A model generated the notes under the pieces. The model made no database searches. It was not told the origin of the DNA and was given only the letters and a program-made list of their open reading frames with translations. Shown here piece after piece: positions 1 through 9,115 of a stretch of 24,000 bases of DNA. The position numbers and the translations under genes are program-made. Source of the DNA: Selenihalanaerobacter shriftii (GTDB lineage Bacteria > Bacillota > Halanaerobiia > Halobacteroidales > Acetohalobiaceae); the NCBI RefSeq assembly GCF_900167185.1, contig NZ_FUWM01000022.1:7683-31682 (forward strand). The letters run 5' to 3'. The number at the start of each line of letters is the position of its first letter. Within the stretch, counting starts at the first letter, position 1.

Positions 1-349
1 CTGCTTTAATATCATTGTAAACAATATCGAAAGCACCTGATTTAATTGCACCAATATTAGCTACCATATCTATTTCTTGAGCCCCTTCACTAATTGCTTT
101 TTTAGTTTCAAAAGCCTTTACTTCTTGGGCATTAGCTCCTAAAGGAAACCCTACTACTGTACAGACTTTAACTGAAGTATCCTTTAAAAGCCTCGCAGCC
201 ATTGGTACAAATGCGGGATTTACACAAACTGAAGCAAAATCATATTCCTTTGCTTCATCACACTTCTCCTTTACCTCTTCTACTGTAGCATTAGCATTTA
301 AAATAGTATGGTCAATCATTTTAGCCATATCTTTTGGTTTAATTGCCAT
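1..349 (-). CDS. deoC: Deoxyribose-phosphate aldolase, N-terminal part (3' end outside window)
   Basis: Not in the ORF track because the window edge truncates it. My minus-strand translation from the ATG at 349 gives [116 protein letters not shown]. The blocks [23 protein letters not shown] and EIDMV-NIG are typical of class I DeoC. An AGGAG Shine-Dalgarno sits 8 nt upstream. Confidence 0.85.
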   Translation of the reverse strand, partial: MAIKPKDMAKMIDHTILNANATVEEVKEKCDEAKEYDFASVCVNPAFVPMAARLLKDTSVKVCTVVGFPLGANAQEVKAFETKKAISEGAQEIDMVANIGAIKSGAFDIVYNDIKA

Positions 350-397
350 AGTATCAACTCCTTAAATTAATCTTAATTTAAAATTTATCCAACTATT

Positions 398-1756
398 CTA
401 CATTAGTCTTTGTAAAAAGATTGTAGCTAATGTAAAATAAATAAAAAGTCCTGACACATCTATTAACGTAGTAATAAATGGACCTGCCGCTACTGCTGGA
501 TCAGCTCCCAGCGAGTCAATAATAAACGGAATTGCAGTCCCACCTATAACTGCTGTTATTAATGTGCAAAACATTGCCATACCTACCACTAAACCTAACA
601 TAGGATTTCCTTGCCAAACTAAAGCAATCAATGCAATTAAGCTCCCTAATATAGTTGCTAATATCAATCCTACTTTTATTTCATTAAATAAATGCGCTTT
701 AATATTTCTTTCACTTAAATCACCAGTAGCTAATCCTCTTACAACCATAGTAAGTGATTGAGTACCTACATTGCCTCCCATATCCATTAAGACTGGAATA
801 AAGAAGGCTAATGCTACCACTGACTCTAACGCTCCTTCAAAATTTCTAATAACAGTACCAGATAATAAATCACCAAATAATAAAATTAATAACCAGGGTA
901 ACCTCTTTATAATTCCACTTAATACTATATTACTCTCTTCTGTTAATCCTAATTCAGATGTACCAGCCATTTTATACATATCTTCAGTAGCTTCTTCCTC
1001 AATAACATCGATAATATCATCTACTGTAATAATTCCCAATAATAATCCTTGTTGATTAACAACCGGAACAGATAACAAATCATATTTAGATATTATCTTA
1101 GCTACTTCTTCCTGATCTAAATTAACATCTACAGTAATTACTTTTTGATTCATTAAATCTTTTACTTGCTTATCAGGTGAAGCCGATATTAGTTCTCTCA
1201 TTGAGAGAACTCCTACCATCTCTTTTCGTTCATTAATTACATAAATATAATAAATCATTTCTGCATCAGGAGCAATATCCCTTAATTTTTGAATTGCCTC
1301 TTTAACTGATTTCTCCTCTTTCATTGCTATATATTCTGTAGTCATTATTCCGCCGGCACTCTCTTCATCATAACCTAATAATTGTTGAATTAGCTCGGCT
1401 TCTTCTTCTTTTATTAACTTTAGAAGGGCCTTTGCCTGACCAATGGATAAAGCACCTAATAAGTCCGTTATATCATCAGAATACATAGCATCTAAAACTT
1501 TAGTTAATCTTATATTACTTAAAAACTTTAATAATTTATGTTCAGTTTCATAATCTGCCTCTGCTAAGATATCAGCCAGCTTTTCAGTAGAAATTAAATC
1601 AATTATTTTTTTTACTTTTTCTTCTTCTAATGCTTCCAATATTTCTACTAAATCTGCTGGATGAAGTTCCTTAACTTTATGTTTTAATAATTTTTCTGTA
1701 TTGGATTTAATCAATTCATTAAATTCTTCTATCAATTTTTCTTTATTTCTTGTCAT
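398..1756 (-). CDS. mgtE: Magnesium transporter MgtE (MgtE_N domain, CBS pair, 5-TM channel domain)
   Basis: 452 aa. It has an N-terminal helical MgtE_N region, a tandem CBS region ending in GIITVDDIIDVIEEEATEDM, and a C-terminal membrane domain with the PVLMDMGGNVGTQS and GPFITTLIDVSGLFIYF motifs. The start ATG lies 5 nt after the era stop, and a GGGGGTGAGG Shine-Dalgarno is embedded in the era 3' end. Confidence 0.9.
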   Translation of the reverse strand: MTRNKEKLIEEFNELIKSNTEKLLKHKVKELHPADLVEILEALEEEKVKKIIDLISTEKLADILAEADYETEHKLLKFLSNIRLTKVLDAMYSDDITDLLGALSIGQAKALLKLIKEEEAELIQQLLGYDEESAGGIMTTEYIAMKEEKSVKEAIQKLRDIAPDAEMIYYIYVINERKEMVGVLSMRELISASPDKQVKDLMNQKVITVDVNLDQEEVAKIISKYDLLSVPVVNQQGLLLGIITVDDIIDVIEEEATEDMYKMAGTSELGLTEESNIVLSGIIKRLPWLLILLFGDLLSGTVIRNFEGALESVVALAFFIPVLMDMGGNVGTQSLTMVVRGLATGDLSERNIKAHLFNEIKVGLILATILGSLIALIALVWQGNPMLGLVVGMAMFCTLITAVIGGTAIPFIIDSLGADPAVAAGPFITTLIDVSGLFIYFTLATIFLQRLM

Positions 1757-1761
1757 TTACC

Positions 1762-2667
1762 TCACCCCCGATAACCCAACATCTTTAAGGCATCCTCCTT
1801 TTCTCTCCAATCTTTTCTTACTTTCACCCATAAATCTAAATAAATTTGACTCCCTAATAAATCTTCTATATCTTTTCTAGCTCGCTTACCAATCTCTCTT
1901 AACCGCTTACCATTTTTACCAATAATGATCCCTTTTTGTGAATTTCTCTCCACATAAATATTCGCATTAATATCAATTAAATCTCTTTCTTCTCTCTTCT
2001 TCATTTGAATTATCTCTATGGCAACGGCATGAGGAACTTCTTCTCGAGTTAAATACATGATCTTTTCTCTAATTAACTCTGTTATTACAAACTGTTCAAT
2101 TTGATCAGTAATCATATCATTAGGATAATATTTAGGACCTTTAGGAATAAGTTTTATAGTTTCCTCAATTAATGTATCTAAATTATTTCCTGTCTTAGCA
2201 GAAACCGGAATCACATCAATATAATCACCTAATCGATTAACTTCTTCTATTCTATTTGCTAATTTCTGTTTACCTATAAGATCTATTTTATTTAAAACGA
2301 CAATAATCGGCGTATTTAAGCCAGATAATTGTTTACTTATCTTTCTATCTAACCTAGTAATTCCTTTCCTAGCATCAATCATAAAGAATATAAGGTCTAT
2401 CTTTTGCAGAGATTTATAAGCTACATCAACCATATATTCTCCCATCTTATCCTGTGCTTGATGGATTCCTGGCGTATCTATAAAAATAACCTGGGCATCA
2501 TCTTGAGTATAAATACACTGAATTTTATTTCGAGTAGTCTGTTGTTTAGGAGTAGTAATAACTACTTTCTCCCCAATTAAATTATTAATTAACGTAGACT
2601 TTCCTACATTAGGTTGACCAATAACTGTTACAAAACCTGATTTAAAGTCAGCATCTGTTTCTAGCAT
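1762..2667 (-). CDS. era: GTPase Era (ribosome small-subunit maturation)
   Basis: 301 aa. G1 motif GQPNVGKS, G3 DTPG, G4 NKID, and a C-terminal KH domain (VERNSQKGIIIGKNGKRLREIG). It sits in the conserved position downstream of ybeY and cdd. Confidence 0.95.
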   Translation of the reverse strand: MLETDADFKSGFVTVIGQPNVGKSTLINNLIGEKVVITTPKQQTTRNKIQCIYTQDDAQVIFIDTPGIHQAQDKMGEYMVDVAYKSLQKIDLIFFMIDARKGITRLDRKISKQLSGLNTPIIVVLNKIDLIGKQKLANRIEEVNRLGDYIDVIPVSAKTGNNLDTLIEETIKLIPKGPKYYPNDMITDQIEQFVITELIREKIMYLTREEVPHAVAIEIIQMKKREERDLIDINANIYVERNSQKGIIIGKNGKRLREIGKRARKDIEDLLGSQIYLDLWVKVRKDWREKEDALKMLGYRG

Positions 2668-2686
2668 TTAAATTTACACCCCACTT

Positions 2687-3142
2687 CTATAAACTTAACT
2701 TCATTACTAGTCTTGGCTCATCTTTACCATACTCTTCTGGTCGATGTTCTTCTTTATAGAAATCAAATTTATCTTTATAAATATGATAAGCAGGTTCATT
2801 ATCAGGAGCGACAGTTAACTCTACTTCTTTGATATCTCTATTAGCTAACCATTCTAAAGTATAATTTAATACCTCACTCCCTAAACCTTGATTATGATAT
2901 TCTTCTTTTATCGATAATCCAAATATATATGCTAATTCAGGATTATCAAAATCTCTCATGATTTCAGCTAATCCTACTGGTTCTGTAGAGTTATAAATCA
3001 CTATAACTTTACCATGATTAATAAAAGGAACTAGATGCCATTTATTTAATCCGCCTGTTCCAAACGCTTGGGTTTCTAAGTTCACCAATTCATCTAACAA
3101 ATTATTATTATATTCATCTAGGACCTCAATTCTATATTCCAT
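2687..3142 (-). CDS. GNAT-family N-acetyltransferase, substrate unknown
   Basis: 151 aa. Contains the acetyl-CoA binding motif A pattern (HNQGLGSEVL) in a typical GNAT-sized protein. No further specificity can be read from the sequence. Confidence 0.7.
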   Translation of the reverse strand: MEYRIEVLDEYNNNLLDELVNLETQAFGTGGLNKWHLVPFINHGKVIVIYNSTEPVGLAEIMRDFDNPELAYIFGLSIKEEYHNQGLGSEVLNYTLEWLANRDIKEVELTVAPDNEPAYHIYKDKFDFYKEEHRPEEYGKDEPRLVMKLSL

Positions 3143-3146
3143 GCCC

Positions 3147-3554
3147 TTATTCTATATCCTCCTTATTAAAAGAACCCCATAAAAGCTCATTAATTTCTTT
3201 AACTAAAATGTCACCTGACAAATTAGACATAATTACTTTTAAATCATTATTACCGAATTCTGTAATTACTTGACGACAAGCTCCACAAGGTGTACAAGGA
3301 CCTTCGGTATCAGCTACAATACCAATAGCTTTTATTTGAATCTCTCCTTCTTGTGAAACAGCATTAAAAATAGCTGTTCTTTCAGCACAATTACTTAATC
3401 CATAAGAAGCATTTTCAACATTACATCCAGTATAAATTTGATCATCAGTAGTTAATACCGCAGCACCTACAGCAAAATTAGAATAAGGCACATAAGCATT
3501 CTCTCTTGCTTGAATTGCTTCTTCAATTAATTTATCATAAATTGTTGAGTCCAT
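3147..3554 (-). CDS. cdd: Cytidine deaminase (homotetrameric type)
   Basis: 135 aa. Zinc-ligand motifs CAERTAIF and PCGACRQ are present. The position upstream of era matches B. subtilis. Confidence 0.9.
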   Translation of the reverse strand: MDSTIYDKLIEEAIQARENAYVPYSNFAVGAAVLTTDDQIYTGCNVENASYGLSNCAERTAIFNAVSQEGEIQIKAIGIVADTEGPCTPCGACRQVITEFGNNDLKVIMSNLSGDILVKEINELLWGSFNKEDIE

Positions 3555-3582
3555 TATCTAACAGCTCCTTTATTAAGATACT

Positions 3583-4185
3583 CTATTGATTTATAAGACC
3601 TTTTTCTGGTACCACAGTTCCTCCAGAAATTATCAATTTTAACCCCTCTTCCACAGTCATATCTAAATATGTAACATCCTCCTTAGGCACTAAAATTAGC
3701 ATACCCGAAGTTGGATTAGGAGTTGTAGGAATAAAAATATTAATCACTTCTTCATCAGTATTACTTTGAATCTCACCCATACCTTGACTAGTTAAGAATC
3801 CTACCTGATAAATCCCTTTCCGTGGATACTCTATCATAACTACCTTTCTAAAAGCCGTCTTATTCTTTAAAAACAAAGCATTAATTAACTGTTGAACCGT
3901 TAAATAAATATTTCTAACTAAAGGAATCTTAGTTAGAATTTTTTCTCCATAATCAATTAAACGTTTACCTAATACATTAGTACCTATGGCTCCTACTCCT
4001 AAGATTACACCTAAAGTAAGCATAAAACCTAAACCATAAATTGACCTGCCGATTATTAATTCGACTACAGGTCTTAAAACACCATCTACAGCACTAAATA
4101 TATTAGTTACTATATATATAGTAACTATTAATGGCAATAATATTATTATTCCTGTAATTAAATAATTTCTTAAATTCTTTAACAT
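3583..4185 (-). CDS. DUF502 (COG2928) family membrane protein
   Basis: About 200 aa with two N-terminal TM helices and a conserved PTTPNPTSG-type motif. The track start at 4188 is a TTG. The adjacent ATG at 4185 has an AGGAGG Shine-Dalgarno 8 nt upstream, so I prefer it. Confidence 0.7.
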   Translation of the reverse strand: MLKNLRNYLITGIIILLPLIVTIYIVTNIFSAVDGVLRPVVELIIGRSIYGLGFMLTLGVILGVGAIGTNVLGKRLIDYGEKILTKIPLVRNIYLTVQQLINALFLKNKTAFRKVVMIEYPRKGIYQVGFLTSQGMGEIQSNTDEEVINIFIPTTPNPTSGMLILVPKEDVTYLDMTVEEGLKLIISGGTVVPEKGLINQ

Positions 4186-4222
4186 CAAAACAGCCTCCTA
4201 ATTTATTTGAGGAAGTGGCTCA

Positions 4223-5527
4223 TTATTCAACTTCAGCTAAACTCTCTCCTGCTTCAACGGGATCTTTTTTGATAATTCTCACCTTTGAGATCCTACGTTG
4301 AATAGTATTTTCAACAACTAATGTTAAATTTTCAAATTCTATCTCTTCTTGTTCTTCAGGAACATATCCTAAAATACTTAATATGAAGCCACTAATTGTT
4401 TCATAATTTTCTTCTGGTAAATCTACTTCCATAATTTCATTAATCTCATCTATATCTACTCTAGAATCTGCTAATATTTCATTCTCTGAAATAACTTTAA
4501 TCTGTTTCTCTTCAACATCATATTCATCTTGAATATCTCCTACTATTTCTTCTAACAAATCTTCAATAGTTACTAAACCTTCAGTACCCCCATACTCATC
4601 CAAAATAATAGCCATATGAATTTTCTCTTTTCTTAACTCAGTTAGCAAACTATCTATCTCTTTAGTCTCAGGAATATAATAGGCCGGACGCATTATCTTT
4701 TTTATCTCTGCAGGTTTATCCTTATTCAAAAAATTTAATAAATCCTTAGCATAAACAATTCCTACTATATTATCTATAGTATCATTATAAACCGGCACCC
4801 TAGAATAACCTAAATCTATAATTAACTCTACTAACTCTTTAATCGGCGTACTAACCTCAACACAAACCATATCTATTCTTGGTATCATAATCTCTTTTAC
4901 TATGGTGTCATCAAAATCAAATATACTATTAATCATCTCTCTTTCATCAGCTTCAATTACTCCTTCTCTCTCTCCTACATTAACGAACTTCTTAATTTCT
5001 TCTTCCGTTACAAATGGCTTCCTTTGATTTGGTTTACCACCTAAAGCCTTAATTATGAAACTAGTAACAAAAGTCAAAATTTTGATAAAAGGAGCAAAAA
5101 TATAAGAAAATATTTCGATATATCTTGACACCCATTTTGAAGCCAATACAGAATTTTGAGTAGCAAAAGATTTAGGTGTAATCTCACCAAAGATTAATAT
5201 AAATAGGGTAACTAATCCTGTAGCAATTCCCACTCCTTTAGTACCAAACAAGTCTATAGCTAAAGCAGTAGCAATTGAAGAAGCAGCAATATTAACTAGG
5301 TTATTTCCTACTAAAATAGTAGTTAATAATTTATCAGGTTGGTCTAACAATCTATCAACAATTTTAGCTTTTTGGTCATCCTCCTGGGTTAAATGTTTAA
5401 TTTTAACTCTATTTACTGACATCAACGCTGTTTCTGATCCAGAAAAGAAACCTGATAAAATAAATAAAACCCCTAAAGCTACTAATTCTAAAGTTTGTAA
5501 AGAAATCAAGTCGTACATTACAGCCAT
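4223..5527 (-). CDS. CNNM/HlyC/CorC-family transporter (DUF21 TM domain, CBS pair, CorC_HlyC domain); putative Mg2+/divalent-cation efflux
   Basis: 434 aa. It has an N-terminal 4-TM DUF21 region, a central CBS pair (IMIPRIDMV ... VGIVYAKDLL) and a C-terminal transporter-associated domain. It occupies the position downstream of ybeY that ybeX/corC holds in E. coli ybeZYX. Confidence 0.85.
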   Translation of the reverse strand: MAVMYDLISLQTLELVALGVLFILSGFFSGSETALMSVNRVKIKHLTQEDDQKAKIVDRLLDQPDKLLTTILVGNNLVNIAASSIATALAIDLFGTKGVGIATGLVTLFILIFGEITPKSFATQNSVLASKWVSRYIEIFSYIFAPFIKILTFVTSFIIKALGGKPNQRKPFVTEEEIKKFVNVGEREGVIEADEREMINSIFDFDDTIVKEIMIPRIDMVCVEVSTPIKELVELIIDLGYSRVPVYNDTIDNIVGIVYAKDLLNFLNKDKPAEIKKIMRPAYYIPETKEIDSLLTELRKEKIHMAIILDEYGGTEGLVTIEDLLEEIVGDIQDEYDVEEKQIKVISENEILADSRVDIDEINEIMEVDLPEENYETISGFILSILGYVPEEQEEIEFENLTLVVENTIQRRISKVRIIKKDPVEAGESLAEVE

Positions 5528-5562
5528 TACAGCCCCTCCTTAACTAAAACTTAACCTCATTA

Positions 5563-5991
5563 CTAGTCTCTTTTTAAGTTAAGTTGCTTAAGTACCTTTT
5601 CCTCTTGGTTTCTCATCTTAGCTTTATCATCTTGCTCTTTATGATCATAACCTAACAGATGTAACATTCCATGAACTGTTAAAAAACCTATTTCTCTAGC
5701 TAAAGAATGTCCGTACTCTTTAGCTTGCTCTTTAGCTCTTTCTAAAGAAATAATAATATCACCTAAAAATTCATCATCTAAAGGAAAAGATAAAACATCT
5801 GTTGGTTCATCTTTATTTCGATATTCATGATTTAATTCCTTTATATATTTATTATCTACTAAAGCCACACTTACCTCTTTAGGTGTAGCCTCTTCGAGTT
5901 GAGCTGCTTTAATAATTACCTGGTTAATTAATTCTTTTGAATTTTTGTCAACCTCAATCTTTTCTTGTAAATTATTAATTAGAATTTTCAT
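5563..5991 (-). CDS. ybeY: Endoribonuclease YbeY (16S rRNA 3'-end maturation)
   Basis: 142 aa with the zinc-binding motif HGMLHLLGYDH. The start overlaps the pgpH 3' end by 17 nt. Confidence 0.92.
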   Translation of the reverse strand: MKILINNLQEKIEVDKNSKELINQVIIKAAQLEEATPKEVSVALVDNKYIKELNHEYRNKDEPTDVLSFPLDDEFLGDIIISLERAKEQAKEYGHSLAREIGFLTVHGMLHLLGYDHKEQDDKAKMRNQEEKVLKQLNLKRD

Positions 5992-8146
5992 TAGAATTTG
6001 CTTCTCCCTTCATCTCTTCAGCTAAATGTTCTGGATACTCTACTCGATTATGAAAACGACCTGTTAATACATTAACAAAAGCAGTCCCAATCTTATCTAA
6101 ATCCTTAAGTGTTAAATCGGATTCATCTAATTGACCTTCATCTAATTTATTTCTGATCAACTCTCTTACTACAACTTCTAACTTTCCAGGATTAGAATGA
6201 ACCTCAACTTTAGAACGTGTAGCTGCTTCTGTAATATCGGCTAACATGATTATAGCTGATTCTTTAGTCTGTGGTTTAGGTCCTGGATATCTAAACTCTT
6301 CTTCGTTTACATTTTCATATTTATCATCATGTAAAGCCTCTTGATAGAAGAAAGAAACTAAACTCTTAGCATGATGTTGTCTGATAATATCAATTATCTT
6401 ATTAGGTAAACCATATTTCTTAGCTAGCTCAACACCATCTTTAACATGAGAAGTAATAATTAAAGTACTTAAATTTGGTGATAATTTATCATGAGGATTC
6501 TCTTTGCTAAACTGATTTTCTGTAAAAAAGTATGGTCTCTTAATCTTTCCTATATCATGATAATATGCTCCAACTCTAACTAATAGGGCATCAGCATCTA
6601 CCGCATCTGCCGCTGCTTCAGCTAAATTCCCAACAACAGTACTGTGTTGGTAGGTACTCGGGGCTTCTACCATCAGTTTTTTAAGTAATGGTTGATTATT
6701 AGGATTAGATAATTCTAATAGTTTAACCGGTGAAGTAATTCCGAATGTATTCTCTAAATACGGTAGAAATCCATTAGTTACCACTCCAACTATTATTCCA
6801 TTTATTATACCCAGACTTATTGATTTTAATAGTTCCAAAAATTCAACAGGCGGAGCACTTAACTCAAAAGCTAAAATAGTTAAAACACTGGCGCCACTTA
6901 CATAAAATCCAGCTCTTACTAAATCATTCCGCTGAGTCACCTTAGAAACACTATAAATCCCAACTAATCCACCAACTAAGGCTACTGCTGCTCCAGCAAC
7001 TCCAGCTCCCGTTACTAAAGTTACTAAAAAACTTAAAGCCATTGTGGCCATAATTGATAAGTTATAATCAACCAAAATAGCTAATAACATTGATAATCCA
7101 GCAACAGGAACTAAATAAGCAGGATTATCAATAAGTTCTAAGAAAGTCATTATCTTAGCAAATAATAGCATTAAAATAGGTAAAATACCTAATAAAGCTA
7201 CTACCCCTTCATCATCAACTATTTTTGCTTTATACTGTGAAACATATATTACAAAAACACTTACAAAGATAAATACAATTAACGCTAAACCTAAAATAGC
7301 TATGAAATCAACCTGCTTATGTCTTAATCCTAATTCTTTCAAAACTTTAATGTCCTCTTGTACAACTACCTTACCATATCGAATAATAACCTGCCCTTGA
7401 TGAATTGTTTTCTTAACAGGTTTAACCGCTTCTTTTGCTTCTTCTCTTCGTTTAGTAGTAGCTTCTTTATCTAAGATTAAATTAGGACGAATTAAATTCT
7501 GAATTAATTCATCAATTACATGTCTGTAACGATTATTAGCTGATAAAGATTGAACCTCTCTTTCAATCTGTTCTTTAACTTGTTTCATAGCATCGCTTTT
7601 AATGCCTCGACTTAGATACCTAGTTAAAATATTCTCAGTCTTATTCTCTACATAGTTCAAAGTTTCGGCATTAGCTTTTAAAAGATAACGAATTGAATTA
7701 TCTGTAACATTAATTGCAGTCTTACCTTGGATTTCAGATATTTTTTCTGTTAAAGATAAACTTTTATCAATCTTTTTAGCATCAACCTCAACTATATTAC
7801 TATATTTTTTTATTATTGTAAAGAAATCATTTAATTCCTTACGTACTTCTTTTAATACTGTTACATCTTCTTCATATACCTTAGGAACAGATTCAGCAGC
7901 TTTCAATTTTAGCTCCTCTGTCCTATCTTCATCAATATATTCAATAGTCTTAGGAGCCTCTATATCTCTAGGGCTAACTTGTCCGACTTCTAAATTAACC
8001 TGATTTGGTATAAAGTCTATTGTTAAAATTAAAGTTAAAATAATAAAGACTACAATTCCCCAGATCCAACGTTTCGTAACCATATCCTGAGAAAGCTGTA
8101 GATCACCTGCTGAAATCTTCTCCTTCATTTCATCTAAAAAACCCAT
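5975..8146 (-). CDS. pgpH: 7TM-receptor HD-domain phosphohydrolase (PgpH/YqfF family; cyclic-di-AMP phosphodiesterase family)
   Basis: 723 aa. One N-terminal TM helix is followed by a large extracytoplasmic domain, a 7-TM block and a C-terminal HD domain (VGAYYHDIGK ... IIRQHH). Its position between phoH and ybeY matches B. subtilis yqfF. Confidence 0.85.
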   Translation of the reverse strand: MGFLDEMKEKISAGDLQLSQDMVTKRWIWGIVVFIILTLILTIDFIPNQVNLEVGQVSPRDIEAPKTIEYIDEDRTEELKLKAAESVPKVYEEDVTVLKEVRKELNDFFTIIKKYSNIVEVDAKKIDKSLSLTEKISEIQGKTAINVTDNSIRYLLKANAETLNYVENKTENILTRYLSRGIKSDAMKQVKEQIEREVQSLSANNRYRHVIDELIQNLIRPNLILDKEATTKRREEAKEAVKPVKKTIHQGQVIIRYGKVVVQEDIKVLKELGLRHKQVDFIAILGLALIVFIFVSVFVIYVSQYKAKIVDDEGVVALLGILPILMLLFAKIMTFLELIDNPAYLVPVAGLSMLLAILVDYNLSIMATMALSFLVTLVTGAGVAGAAVALVGGLVGIYSVSKVTQRNDLVRAGFYVSGASVLTILAFELSAPPVEFLELLKSISLGIINGIIVGVVTNGFLPYLENTFGITSPVKLLELSNPNNQPLLKKLMVEAPSTYQHSTVVGNLAEAAADAVDADALLVRVGAYYHDIGKIKRPYFFTENQFSKENPHDKLSPNLSTLIITSHVKDGVELAKKYGLPNKIIDIIRQHHAKSLVSFFYQEALHDDKYENVNEEEFRYPGPKPQTKESAIIMLADITEAATRSKVEVHSNPGKLEVVVRELIRNKLDEGQLDESDLTLKDLDKIGTAFVNVLTGRFHNRVEYPEHLAEEMKGEANSNENSN

Positions 8147-8158
8147 TATCTACACTCC

Positions 8159-9100
8159 TTAACTTCTTTCATAAGCTTCAATGATCTTTTGTACTAATCT
8201 ATGACGTACAACATCTCTATTAGTTAAATAAATTAATTCTATTCCTTCAATATCTGTTAATATTTTACGAACTTGACTAAGACCTGAAGCCTTGCGATTA
8301 GGTAAATCAACTTGTGTAATATCTCCATTTATTACAGCTTTTGAATCAACTCCTAATCGAGTTAAAAACATCTTCATTTGAGCAGAAGTTGTATTCTGTG
8401 CTTCATCTAAAATCACAAAAGAATCCTTTAAAGTTCTCCCTCGCATATAAGCTAAAGGAGCAATTTCAATAATTTCCTGTTCCAACAATTCATTTACCTT
8501 TTTAGGGCCCAAAACTTCATATAACGCATCATATAAAGGACGCAAGTAAGGATCTACTTTCTCCTGTAAATCACCAGGTAAAAAACCTAAGTTTTCACCA
8601 GCTTCAATAGCAGGTCTAGTCAAAATAATTCTTCTTACTTGATTAGTAACTAAAGCATTAACCGCCATTACTACTGCTAAATATGTCTTCCCGGTTCCTG
8701 CTGGTCCAATTCCAAATACTATATCATGATTACGAATAGAGTCTATATATTTTTTTTGGCCTAAAGTTTTAGGTTTGATTTTTTTACCTTTATAAGTTAC
8801 TTGAATCACATCAGAATATATCTTATCTAAGTCGAATCTATCTTCCATTGCTAAGTCAATAGCATATTCTATTTCCCTTTCATCTAAATTATTATTATTA
8901 ATTGCCACCTTGCTTAATTCACTAAATAATTTAGCCACCCGCTTTACTTCCTCTTCTTCACCTTCAACTTGGACTCGATTTCCTCTAGCCAAAATATCCA
9001 CATCAAACGTATCTTCAATTAATTTTAAACTTTTATCTTGTTGTCCAAATATTCTTCTAGCTATTTCATTAGTAGTAAGTACTATTTCTTTTTGAGCCAA
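8159..9100 (-). CDS. phoH: PhoH-like ATPase (PhoH/YbeZ)
   Basis: 313 aa. Walker A GPAGTGKT, Walker B-like FVILDEAQN, and the conserved GDITQVDLP block. The start codon at 9100 is TTG and there is no nearby in-frame ATG. Confidence 0.9.
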   Translation of the reverse strand: MAQKEIVLTTNEIARRIFGQQDKSLKLIEDTFDVDILARGNRVQVEGEEEEVKRVAKLFSELSKVAINNNNLDEREIEYAIDLAMEDRFDLDKIYSDVIQVTYKGKKIKPKTLGQKKYIDSIRNHDIVFGIGPAGTGKTYLAVVMAVNALVTNQVRRIILTRPAIEAGENLGFLPGDLQEKVDPYLRPLYDALYEVLGPKKVNELLEQEIIEIAPLAYMRGRTLKDSFVILDEAQNTTSAQMKMFLTRLGVDSKAVINGDITQVDLPNRKASGLSQVRKILTDIEGIELIYLTNRDVVRHRLVQKIIEAYERS

Positions 9101-9115
9101 TGCTACTATAACCCC

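Noticed and set aside
1757-1800. A search for an M-box (Mg2+) riboswitch upstream of mgtE.
   Set aside because: Only 5 nt separate era from mgtE and the upstream sequence is era coding sequence, so no leader RNA can be accommodated.
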